From: Phoronis australis
Taxonomy: Eukaryota; Animalia; Phoronida
Direction of reading: 5' to 3'
Assembly (NCBI GenBank): GCA_002633005.1
Contig: NMRA01000719.1
Coordinates: forward strand, 119,466 to 183,465
Length of the DNA: 64,000 nucleotides
The notes beneath the pieces are model-generated. The model was not told the DNA's origin and did no database searches. It was given only the letters and a program-made list of their open reading frames with translations. The position numbers and the translations under genes were made by a program. Shown here piece after piece: positions 1 through 12,000 of this stretch; position 1 is the stretch's first letter, and each line of letters begins with the position of its first letter.

Positions 1-346
1 GTTAATAACTACTGATTCACCACAAGGTGGCCCTCTATCGGCAAAGATTAATATTGGAAGAAAGCCATGGGAATGGTCTGTTATGGCCTCCTAGTTTTGA
101 ATCTTCACCAACAGGGGGTTTACCAGGTAACAAATCAAGGTTATGCAAGATGGCTGTAGGCCACTCCACATCAAAGTAACATAAATGTCAAGTCTGCTAC
201 AAATAGCATCTTTCACCTAATTATCTATTCATCTTCTTAAAAAAGTATGCAAAAATCTTTACAGAACGGAATACAGTTGTATTGATACCACACCATATGA
301 CTCAACTAAATTAAATGCAAAAAGTTTTTGAAATCGAGTCACTTAC

Positions 347-483
347 TTTGAATAGGCGAAATGAAGTAGAAACTGCCTATCTTTCTTGTAGTAATATGTC
401 TTGGGTGCAGTGCTGCCTTTCAATCTTTGCTGTCTACTTGTTTTTTGGCTCATGTGGGTACATGCCTTTCAGAATGCAGTCGC
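347..483 (-). pseudogene. PES1: Decayed copy of PES1 exon 3 with flanking intron sequence
   Basis: Reverse complement aligns to 18169-18322 (ttccaggcgactgcattctgaaaggcatgtacccacatgagccaaa...ttcaaagtaagt); 17 nt shorter with frameshifting indels; flanks match PES1 introns 2 and 3. Confidence 0.9.
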
Positions 484-896
484 CTGGAACATGTCATGAA
501 TTGGCAGATTATCAGAAACACAGAAATTCTTCTGTGTTCCTGTGTCTCTGACACAGTGTAACATAAAGTGGGATTTGTTCAGCCAAACTTATCAACAAAA
601 ATACAAAAAATGGAAAGATCACTTTGGCAATCTGAGAGTGCAAAATAACAGATGAATTATAACATGGTCACAATTGTCAAGACAAGACATATAATTATAA
701 TCAATTGCAACTTTGAGGATTACCACAGCAACCCCTAGTGATTCTGTTGTGAACTCCCCTTGCAGAAGGTGCAGAGATCTTTTACATGCTGACTGAGGCC
801 TCTGACTATATTCAGAGAGAGTGCAGACATCATTCACATGGTGATTGAGGACAGTCATTTGCTATGCAACCTCTGATCCTATTGTATTTAATGCAG

Positions 897-1022
897 AGTT
901 GTATGCATCTGCCATGTCTGAGTAGCACCACAGCACAATACGTACGATGTATCAAACCAAGTCACAACTAGACTGGTTTGACAATGAGTACATCATGTTG
1001 GTTGACAGGCCTATCCAGCTAG
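897..1022 (+). pseudogene. MYO19: Decayed copy of the MYO19 HYVRCIKPN exon with flanking intron sequence
   Basis: Reads SCMHLPCLSSTTAQYVRCIKPSHN*; 852-1145 aligns to the reverse complement of ~61150-61500; 126 nt versus 179 nt for the real exon. Confidence 0.9.
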
Positions 1023-1159
1023 GTATGTAGACGACTCATAGAGCAGACTGTACGTGTGCTGGCTCACTTAGATTATCTCGTACTGTGTGGATATTTCTTT
1101 CCTCAGCTGGGTCGATTTTCTATTTTATAGTTCGGAAATATCTAAATCCCTTACAAAAA

Positions 1160-1850
1160 CGAACTGAAGTTTTCATATAAAAATCCAGTTTTCAGTCTGA
1201 AAAACTTTTAACACAAACTTAAAATGAAACTAGCAGGCTAATTCGTAATCTCTCTGATTGCTTGGTCAAATTAGTTAGAAACGCAACATATAGCAATGAT
1301 GTGAGCATAAAGTAGTAAGTTTCTCAAAATCGTAAGTTTCTGGAACATAAGTTTTTAAAAACCTGAAGTTTTAAAAACTTAAGTATGGAATATTACGTTT
1401 GTTCCAAAAAACTTGTTCCAAAATACTTAAGTTTTTGATAAATAACGTAGAAAATAAATCTGAAACTAAATAAGGCGATCCAGATCCTCCCAAGGATACT
1501 ATTGTTTCACGAAATGTAGAATATAAATAGGTAAATAAAACAAGAATGGATCAACTGAAATTTTCGGATGTAATAAAAATGTATCATATTCATTACACCA
1601 TATCTTAAATGTCAATTGTCATATAGTGTTTGATTTTACTTTATTTCTGTTTCTGTTGACAAAGGATGTTATTACATCCGAAAATTTCAGTTGATCCATT
1701 CTTGTTGTTTTATTTACCTATTTATATTCTAAGTTTTTGAAAAACTTAAGATCCTGAAAAACTTAAGTTCCAGAAACTGAGTTTTTGAAAAAACTTCAAG
1801 CTTTCAGAACTTAAATTTTCAAAGAACTCAGTTTTGAAAACTGAAGTTTT
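1160..1850. repeat. Degenerate AT-rich repeat field (AAGTTTTT/AAAAACTT units)
   Basis: Many imperfect aaaaacttaagtttt-type units at 1160-1440 and 1730-1850. Confidence 0.6.
1517..1731. mobile_element. Fold-back/MITE-like element with ~60 bp inverted arms
   Basis: 1517-1576 is the reverse complement of 1669-1731 except for a 3-nt indel; begins and ends with TA. Confidence 0.65.
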
Positions 1851-3952
1851 CCAAGAGAATAAGGTTCAATAATAGAGATATTCATAAAATTCAAACATTC
1901 ACTAAATTAAAACAAGAATGGAGTACAGTAACAAATTTAATGACTTTCATATATCCTTTAACAAAAGTAGCATTCTATTAAGGTTCAATTAGCAGCGATT
2001 AATTGTAGAAAATAAAATGTATTTGCTCAAAATACAATAAATCCGTAAAATAAGCGCCATGTGTGTTATACCACAAAAATTAAAAACATTTCAAAAATCA
2101 GTTCATGAAGTGCCATAAATACTTTATATTTAAAACTAATTCAGGCTAATAATATATTCATACAAGAACCTTTCTCATTCTAAGACAATATGTGAGAATT
2201 GGGGATAGAACTAGAATATATATAGAGCAAACACTAATTACAAATTCTTGAGTCACACCCAAAGACAAAAGTGATTACATGGCCAGGAAAGACTACAACA
2301 AAAGTCTATACCCCTGGAGATTTGCAACTAAAATTACAGCAATGACACCAGAAATAACAAATTGCATGACATGCAAAAGCTAAGAATATCCCCAAAATCT
2401 GTTAGAGACAAGAGCATAAAATAACATAGAACAGATAACTGAAAGTTTGTTGGCAAGGGTCACATCTATCATTTTTGGGAAGCGCAGATTTTTCCTGGAA
2501 TCCGCAGACTAGAAATAGTGCTTAGAAATTACCTATCATGATTTTCAACTGTTCAAAATATCAATTTATAGTCAGAGTTTCATTTTTGTTCACAGTCATA
2601 GTAACAGTAAAATCTATATACTCTTTGTTGCGAATAGATTTCAGAAAATGTAATCCTTAGTACAATCTGGTTATATGTCGAGGTGGGAATTTGAAAACTG
2701 TGACACTTGATGACAAAGTTATTATTTCCTTTAATGTAAAGCTATCTTATGCATGCATCTATGCTTCGCCACAAGCCATTTGAATGTTAATTGCCCTGCA
2801 TCTGGTCACTTAGGTTCATAGGTAAATAATCTGTTTTGTGACTACGTATCAATTCGCATTGGCTCAGCCTCAGCAAATGACAGTCAATAACGTCGATGAT
2901 TGGGTTTGACTGTGTTCAAACGTGATCGGTAATAAGCTTGGTAGACAATTGGCCTGCATGTTGTTATATCATAAAAAAGACTGTTCTCGGCAGTTAACAA
3001 AGGAGATGTTATCACACGCTCACGACCGCTGTATGTCTGGTAAAGTCACTGAACGGGAGAACGTCCTTATCCTGCAGGGGGCCGCCATCTTGAAGAAGAA
3101 TGCAGCTGCAGCCGAGAAAGTAGTCTTTTTCAGTCTCAACATGCTCACAAATAGGCCCTACAAACAAGTCACAGTCACTGAAATTACATGCAATGCTTTC
3201 CACTAATCCTGGCTTACACCTATATTTTAATATGTTGGCACTGTAAACTGGCCGTGGCAGCAGCCTAACTGTTCAGTTCGGTCAATGACCGCAGCCAAGC
3301 ACCTTGACCTACATTTCGCTCCGGCTGACGTCACACGGACGGTGTAACCACAGGTCACCAGAGTTCATGAACCAGAAAGTGTATGTCCCAGTGATGCCAT
3401 GTGGCGTATTTTTTGTGGAAAATAAATCTCTGTGTCGGACGTTGAATCAATTCTTTGTTTAAAACCTTATTTTGTAGTACCGGTAGTAATTTATAACTAT
3501 TATAAGAATTAAGATGGAAGCGTTCAGAAAATCTGTTTAGGTTACTCGGTCTAAATGCGGGTAAAAAATATATATTCAATGAATGCCCATGATATGATGA
3601 CCAGGCGACATATAAGTCGGTCAAATAAACCCGTTTTTTCTCTTCAATCGGCTAGTTTTTCAGCGAACTCATTGGTCATTACTTGTTGCAATGTTCACCC
3701 GATAACTTATCATTAAAGTTCATATAATTTTTTTTTAGTCACCAGGCATGCGGTAAATCGCAATTTCAACGACATAACTGAATTAGTTGGAGTTGTCGGG
3801 CAAACACGACTGCAGTGAGTGTCCCCATTTGACACCATGCAGGTGAATTAGGATAATGAAAATTAATCCTTTATGTCAAAAATGCATAAAGAGCTTTGAC
3901 AATTCACTTCTAGCTGTTCAATTACACAACTCCCTGTGATGTTGAGATTAAN

Positions 3953-4276
3953 NNNNNNNNNNNNNNNNNNNNNNNNNNNNNNNNNNNNNNNNNNNNNNNN
4001 NNNNNNNNNNNNNNNNNNNNNNNNNNNNNNNNNNNNNNNNNNNNNNNNNNNNNNNNNNNNNNNNNNNNNNNNNNNNNNNNNNNNNNNNNNNNNNNNNNNN
4101 NNNNNNNNNNNNNNNNNNNNNNNNNNNNNNNNNNNNNNNNNNNNNNNNNNNNNNNNNNNNNNNNNNNNNNNNNNNNNNNNNNNNNNNNNNNNNNNNNNNN
4201 NNNNNNNNNNNNNNNNNNNNNNNNNNNNNNNNNNNNNNNNNNNNNNNNNNNNNNNNNNNNNNNNNNNNNNNNNNNN
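3953..4276. other. Assembly gap
   Basis: Run of N. Confidence 1.
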
Positions 4277-5758
4277 TTTCAACTTTGGCACATCATTAAC
4301 CTCTTGGGGTCAAAGGTCAACTCCAGGATATCGTGGTGCCGTACGTCCGACACAAAAAACTGCTAAAAAGTTCAGTTACGTTAAAAGTTTTCAACCAAAG
4401 TTAAAATAATTTCAGATTCTCTTTGAACTTATTACTTAATACTATTGATCAAAAGTTTAGATCCCAAGAATTATTCGTTAAGTTAGAAACAGTGTGGCAG
4501 AGTGGCAAACGTACGTCAAATTTGTACGTCCGTCACGTACGCCCGTCACTGCATCCGAAATTACAACTTTTCAGTTAATAACAGTAACCTTAGGCCTTAT
4601 TTTTACTTTCTAAACTTGCAGAAGATAAAATGTATCTCACTCCTAAGAACCTTAAAACGATTAAACATTACAAAGAAAGCTTTAAAATCGACGTAAAGAA
4701 AATGAGTTGCCACAAAACTTTTTGAAAAAGTACTGCCTATGACCTGCAATTTTTGGTACACGCCTGCGTGGCCCCCGGGATCTTGACCTCACTGAGTGAA
4801 GTCAATAATTATTCGTAAGAGTTAGTATTGCCGTCAAACAACACAACACATCAACCACTTAGCACTGGAAGATATTAAGATTCGTTACTTGCCGAGTGAC
4901 AAAAAATCGGTTAAGGACGGTCTCTAAACGACTTTCTCAAAGAACACTCCCGTGCTCAGTACAAACATGCCCAGTTTTCCGGCCTCAGAGACCGAGGATT
5001 TAGCTCAACAAATTTATAGTTTCTCAACATTTCTCGTCAATCGTGTCATGTTTGTGGCATGACGATTCATTAAAATTTTAAGATTTATTTTTCTTTGGAG
5101 CTCACAGTGTCAGTGATACTCATGGTCAGTCTATTCCTATGCAACAATTAAATGCGATGACTGTACACATTCTCGTAATCCCTCACATTTTTAGGGAGTC
5201 TCTCCTCCACGATTCGGTCTGCCAGCAATGAAAGGGTGCAACGATTGGGTGTACATGTTTTTGCAAACATGTTTTTCAAAGGGTTCATCGTCACATTCCA
5301 GCAGATTACCGGTGAGTTCAAGTAGACCAAACGTCCAAGAATGAAAAGTGATCTGGCCTCAGAAACTGGCTCACCGCGGTATTACTGAAAAGCCCTTTCA
5401 GATATTATAATGTGCTAGGAATTGTTATTAGAATGATGCACTGTTACATATTTTGTGACATTCCTCCCCGAACATTTATACTAGGAACCTCTTACTGGTT
5501 CCTAGATTTATATCAAACGAAACTTAGTCATGTTCACGATGCCTTTGTTTTGCTTTGAATGTGACTTTTTTCCTTTCGCGGCTAAATTTTACTACAAAGA
5601 TATTTTCGACGTTCAACATGAATGCTCCCCAGAGATTGGAGTCAAAAAACCAAATCTTCTAGGTTTTCTTCTTTCACTGAAAAATGTACATTTTTGCTGA
5701 CCTAAATGTTATAATTTTGTAGATATTTCGTTGTACACAGACTTTTGTATAACATCCT

Positions 5759-5914
5759 CAGTGGCGGATTTAGAGGGGGACCAAGGGGGCCATGGCCCCG
5801 CCTAAAATTCTCCCAGATTACATTTGGCAGTTCGGGGGTGCAAATGCCTAATGGGCAAAGTCTTGGATAATACTCTGTCCCACCCCCCAACTCAAAATCC
5901 TGGATCCGCCCCTG
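5759..5914. mobile_element. Short hAT-type MITE immediately upstream of PES1
   Basis: TIRs CAGTGGCGGAT / ATCCGCCCCTG with G/C-run subtermini; no TSD recognisable. Confidence 0.65.
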
Positions 5915-6045
5915 GTCTTAGAAAAAGGCTGTGTACTATGGGAACGTACACGAGTCTCAGTCCCTCTTCCATTATCTCTCTGACGCCAGAGGGCGTTGAA
6001 CACGAATGTTTGTTCTCCTACAACATAAGTTAAGAAAGTGGGGTA

Positions 6046-6055
6046 CACACGTGTG
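6046..6055. promoter_or_regulatory. E-box (CACGTG within palindrome CACACGTGTG) just upstream of the PES1 ATG
   Basis: Motif seen directly; TSS-proximal E-boxes are typical of Myc-regulated ribosome-biogenesis genes in animals. Confidence 0.55.
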
Positions 6056-6071
6056 GAAAAATTGTGTAGCA

Positions 6072-6092
6072 ATGGGAAGGGAAAAGAAAAAA
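6072..6092 (+). CDS. PES1: PES1 exon 1 (MGREKKK)
   Basis: ATG GGA AGG GAA AAG AAA AAA then GTAAGT donor; resembles the MG..KKK start of pescadillo proteins and joins in phase 0 to YESG. Confidence 0.85.
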
Positions 6093-9000
6093 GTAAGTCT
6101 AGTTTTATTGCTACAGCGGACACTGGAAAGAGGGCACGAATGGAGGAGGCGCATTTTCAGTGCTTCAATAGAATATGTAGCTCTTCTTCTTCTTGGTTTA
6201 AGTGACCACACTCTCCAGACCAGGGGCCCGTTCCAACAAAACCACAGGCACCTTTAAGTAGCCCTCTACAATATAATATAATTAGTAGAGGGCTACTTAA
6301 AGGTGCCTGTGAACAAAACTGACTTAGCTAAGACAAATCTTAAATTTTAGTATATTTTAAAATAAAAGTTGAATTTGTCTCAAAACCAAATCAAGAAAAA
6401 GATCGTAAGTTTGACTTAAGTTTATGGCCTACGTTTTGTCTTAATTTTGACCAATTTTTCAAATGTGGAAATTTCAAAGTTCGGAAGTTAAGACAAATCT
6501 TAGACTTAAGTTAAAAATAAACTTACCGTATTCGCCGTATTAACCGCCCAGGGCACTTAGAAAAGTTCGTTTCAGGGGGGCGCTTATTATAACCCAAGAT
6601 TCCCAATGCCGTTGAAACCCGGTCTCCGAAACGGGTGAAATCGGAAGCTAAGATTCATCGCATTTACGCTCTGTGACGTATCTGTAATCTATGAAAGACT
6701 TACTACAAAATCGTGGTACATTGCTATCAAACTTTGCTGCTAAATTACCATCATTTTACAGAAAATTATGCTGAAATCTCAGGGCGAAAACTTGCCGACT
6801 GACTGCCTTGCAATCGTCGATATGGCGACTTGAATACTTGAATAAAAATACAGTTTCGACTCGAGCAAATTACCTGAAATCCTCCTGAAGTTTTCCAAGT
6901 AGCGCCCCTAAGATTTTTAAGTGTCGGGATTATGGCAGGTTTAAGTACAAATCTGTGCTACATCGTGCCATCTACATGTATGATTGGCAACATGAGAAAA
7001 ATGTCTGGACGAACAAACATGTTGTTGTCACGTGACGTTTGTTTTGAAGTTTGTCTGCATTGAGTAAGCGAGCGCGTGCGTGTCACCAGAGTTCATTTGC
7101 CAGAGCAGAGACCGTCTTTTGGCCAGAGCCACACAATCTAACGAGCTACCAGATGCGCATTGTACCTAAAGAAATTTGCACAAGCTTTAGGCCTAAACCA
7201 GAGTGTTTCATTCAGCACTTGCCAGTCTCGTGCTAAAAACGTTCGACATTAGTCTCGGTAAGGTCCATATTAGTCACCGTGTGGCTGGATGCGTAGGTGA
7301 CAGTTATTTTTCGGTGTAAGGGTGTTTAAGCATTCACTGGCAGTGGTCATTTTATCGGACATTTGGCTTAAAAACACCAATTATGGTTAATCATACAATT
7401 CATCTTAAAAATAACACAGCCAAACATTTTTTATAGTATTAGAAACTATCGGAAATTAGTGCCAATCCGATCCTATGCTACCCGTTTCATGAATGGATAG
7501 TTCCCGACTAATGTCTTTGATGACAGGTTTGTGTATGTAGCGTGCGCTTCCTGGGCACGTGCTTTTAACACTGGCCAAGCTTTTTATTAGTCTTCGATTC
7601 GCGGTTTTCACATGTACAAAGAAATTTTAATTCCTGTTGTAAGCGGGAAATATTTGCGAAGCAATCTAGTAGACAAGTACACTACGTCTGTTCTGAAAAG
7701 CCAGACCACTGGTCCTCGCAGGATCAGCAAAACTTTTGTGTTCGTTTTGAGGCATGGCGGAAGTTTGAAGTGTATAGTCACGGTTAAATACCGACATAGC
7801 GGTGAGGCTCGTGGTCTACAAATTCTGCGCACAATGATTTTTTTCAGGACTGTCAGGTATTATTGATAAATTGGTGACGTTTCTGTAGAATTTTTAGGAC
7901 TGTAGGTAAGTCATTTTTCGCACGTACACATTCATGGACTGGGCGCTTATTTCAGCAAAGTCTGAAAACGCGTGGGGGGGACGCTTATAGGGGCATGGGC
8001 AGTTATTACGGCGAAAACGGTAAGTCAGTTTCTTGGAACAGGCCCCAGAGTATTATGTCACTGTCTTCAGTCGTGTTGACTGTTGTGCAACTGTCATTAC
8101 ATCAGTAGGTTCAGATAGACAGTGACTGACGTCTACCCAAGTCTAGCTGGCCAGTAGGCAACACGTACTCCCTCGGTTGGCCGGTTAGGGGTTAATAACA
8201 ATAATTCCCATGGCTTTCTGTACAAATTTCGTCCCGTGTATTTTAAACGGGCGCGAAGCCAAATCCGGTCACCGATTAAGAGTTTTCACCTCGTCAAAAA
8301 TACATTCCACACTTAAAACTATCACTTAAAAAGCGCTTACTTTCTTCAGTGGTCATTTCTACTTCTATACATATCTTTGATGAAGCTTAGTTATGATAAT
8401 TAAGGTGACTTTGGCGAAGAATTCGGCACTAGTCTGATATAATGGACACTAACTTATTCCAAATAAATCCACTAAATGTGGGTCTAAATGAATGATTTTG
8501 GTATCTTTGCATTCCTTAGACATCTGGCTATCTGTACATATCCACTTCATGACCCTCAATTACTTCGATTTTTACCTACGCTACTCCGAACTCNTACACT
8601 ACGTCTGTTCTGAAAAGCCAGACCACTGGTCCTCGCAGGATCAGCAAAACTTTTGTGTTCGTTTTGAGGCATGGCGGAAGTTTGAAGTGTATAGTCACGG
8701 TTAAATACCGACATAGCGGTGAGGCTCGTGGTCTACAAATTCTGCGCACAATGATTTTTTTCAGGACTGTCGGGTATTATTGATAAATTGGTGACATTTC
8801 TGTAGAATTTTTAGGACTGTAGGTAAGTCATTTTTCGCACGTACACATTCATGGACTGGGCGCTTATTTCAGCAAAGTCTGAAAACGCGTGGGGGGGACG
8901 CTTATAGGGGCATGGGCAGTTATTATGGCGAAAACGGTAAGTCAGTTTCTTGGAACAGGCCCCAGAGTATTATGTCACTGTCTTCAGTCGTGTTGACTGT

Positions 9001-12000
9001 TGTGCAACTGTCATTACATCAGTAGGTTCAGATAGACAGTGACTGACGTCTACTCTAGTCTAGCTGGCCAGTAGGCAACACGTACTCCCTCGGTTGGCCG
9101 GTTAGGGGTTAATAACAATAATTCCCACGGCTTTCTGTACAAATTTCGTCCCGTGTATTTTAAACGGGCGCGAAGCCAAATCCGGTCACCGATTAAGAGT
9201 TTTCACCTCGTCAAAAATACATTCCACACTTAAAACTATCACTTAAAAAGTGCTTACTTTCTTCAGTGGTCATTTCTACTTCTATACATATCTTTGATGA
9301 AGCTTAGTTATGATAATTAAGGTGACTTTGGCGAAGAATTCGGCACTAGTCTGATATAATGGACCCTAACTTATTCCAAATAAATCCACTAAATGTGGGT
9401 CTAAATGAATGATTTTGGTATCTTTGCATTCCTTAGACATCTGGCTATCTGTACATATCCACTTCATGACCCTCAATTACTTCGATTTTTACCTACGCTA
9501 CTCCGAACTCTGTCCACTTCAGTCACGCGCATAGTGAAATCGGCAGCCATTTCAGGGAACTTATTATACCTACCGCCATCTACTGGTGATCTGCTGCAAC
9601 ATGCGCTGTTCCCTTTTCATCAGACAACGTCATTGATCGATTTCGTTAATTATTAACGTCATCGTTATTAGTCATCGTTATGTCTGCTCTTGTCATCACC
9701 GTCGCTGTCTCTCTCACGATCTTATCAGTCATCGTCATGTTATTGTCATCCATGAGACATGTACCGAAGTCTAATTTGTCAAATGAGTGAACCTTACGGG
9801 CGTAAGATAATTCTTGTTAATGGCGTAAAGTAATTATTTGCGGCTTAAAGTAATTATTTGTGATGCAGTGCTGTAGTGGGGCGTAGGCGCACGTATGCAC
9901 AGCCAACCACCTTTTTGTTTTTTTAACGTAGCGCCTACCCACCACCGTAAGTTACGGTATAGTGCAGCCAACCACCTTTTTACATTTTATTGTCGCAACC
10001 ACGTTTTTACATTTTAACGTACCGTCTGCGCACCGTAAGGGACGGTATAGTGGGGCGTAGTCTCGATACGATAGCTAACAGCATCAATGCGATACACAGA
10101 CGGCAGCATTGTTGCCGAACATTTGGGCATGCGTCGGACCACCAGGCATACATGGATGCTCACATGGAATTTTTATTAATTTTTCAAGATATAGAAACAA
10201 TTATGGTATCCCATAGGTGGATAAAGGGGGGGTGGTGAAGGGCCTCACGGACACACCCGACGGGCGACCAAAAATCATAACCAGCATATCATTTCTGGGT
10301 GTTACGCTCATATTTTCTTATATTGTGGTTGGGCCCCTTCAGAGACCGCTTGGATTGCACATGGACTTTTCCCTTCGAATATGTGTGCTTGGCCTTTCTT
10401 TCTCCAACATCCAAGATCCGTGAGTCAAAAAGTAGGCCTAGATGTTTGTGAGTCAGGTTTTGCGAGTTTAATGTATTTTCAAAATTCAGCGCTCATACGA
10501 TGGGCTGTGGACGCCTACTTGTCTCTAATTTTACCAGTACAGCACTGGCGTAAAGTAATTTGCAGCGTAAACCAACTTTTTATGGCGTTAAGTAATTATT
10601 TGCGGTGTTAAGTAACGTCTCTAAATAATTACTTAACGTCGCTAACAAGAATTAACTTTCGCATGTAATTTAACGGTGAAACGTTCACCCATTTGGCGAA
10701 CGAGAGACATTGGCAAAGAAATTCTTCTCCTTCAGTGTCGAAAGTCTTTGCAGTTATTCTGTGTTTGGCGCCCTGCCCTGTTCATAACCCAAACCCCAGT
10801 TGCCATTAAACTTCTGGGTACGCCACTGGCAATGATCGTTATGGATTCTAGGTCCGAATCATCTCCGCAGGCAGATCACATGCACCCAAATTGTTCTTAT
10901 CATAGACTGGTGGGGATGTGTCTGTTCAGTGTATATGCGCGTCTTAAAAAGGCAAAATATTCTTTTTATGGCCAAAGTATCTGGTTGCGAATCCAAGACA
11001 GGTCGACGGTCCTGGTATCTTAGTACAAATCGACGAGTCTTTGATGGCGCGCAGAAAAAATAACGACGGCCACCCTGTACTCGAGCGGTGGGTGTTTGGG
11101 GGCTATTGCCCAGCCCAGGCTTTCGGATTTTTAGAATTTGTTCCAGATCGTTCTGCTCAGACACTGTTGCCCATCATACAGGGTCTATCGTGCACTCAGA
11201 CATGTGTGCGGCATACAATGGCATAGTGAACCTTCCGGTGAATCCTCCATATCAACACCAGACACTCAATCACAATCAGAACTTCGTCGATCCGATCACA
11301 GGTGCCCACACTAATCACGTGGAATGCTTTTGGAAGAACGCAAAACGCAGGTTCAAGACCATGTGTGGGGCAAACGACAACAAGCTAGAAGAATATTTGG
11401 ACGAATTTATGTGGCGGCAGCACTATGGAGAAAAGCAAAAGATGCCTTCAACAATGTGATGTTGCACTTATCTCAGTGGCTGCTGTATCAGACGCCTTGA
11501 GCGGTACTGATTGATACCCCCCCAACGGCCCTTTTAAGGGCCACCCATATTTTCCCAATTAGACTGTTTCACTTATCAAACTTAATAGAAATTCAAATAC
11601 AGTCATGTGATCAATACATAAACCAAAAAATGATCATGGCGGTAACCTAGACCAACCTAGACAATGACAGTGATGACACCAGTAACGTAAAGGACGAGTG
11701 ACAACGACGGTGCTGGGCCATATGATGATGTTTGAGACGCTACACGATATAGGCTTAGTAAATTAACTTGCTTTACTATTAAATTCACCCATTTGACAAA
11801 CTATAGATGTCGGTACACGTCTCATGGACGACGATAACAACACATGACGATGACAGATAAGATGGTGAGAGAGACGACGAAGGTGATGACGAGAGCAGAC
11901 ATAGCGATGATTAATAACGATGACGATAATAATTGACGAAATCGACCAATGAGGTTGACTGATCAAAAAGGAACAGCGCGTGTTGTAGCAGATCGCCCAA

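Larger units (their letters stand above)
6224..8045. mobile_element. PIF/Harbinger-like MITE hosting two nested insertions
   Basis: TIR GGGCCCGTTCCAA / TTGGAACAGGCCC, 3-bp TSD CAG (6221-6223, 8046-8048); related uninterrupted copy at ~57142-57298. Confidence 0.75.

Noticed and set aside
3863-4409. ORFs of 142 and 157 aa
   Set aside because: They run through the N gap.
7678-9510. 916-bp near-perfect tandem duplication
   Set aside because: The copies meet exactly at a lone N and differ at about 1% of sites, as expected for two alleles or contig ends joined without merging; treated as an assembly artefact.
10990-11500. Bacterial IS1595 insertion, contamination or horizontal transfer
   Set aside because: Motifs fit the eukaryotic Merlin superfamily and the element is interleaved with host repeats inside a PES1 intron.
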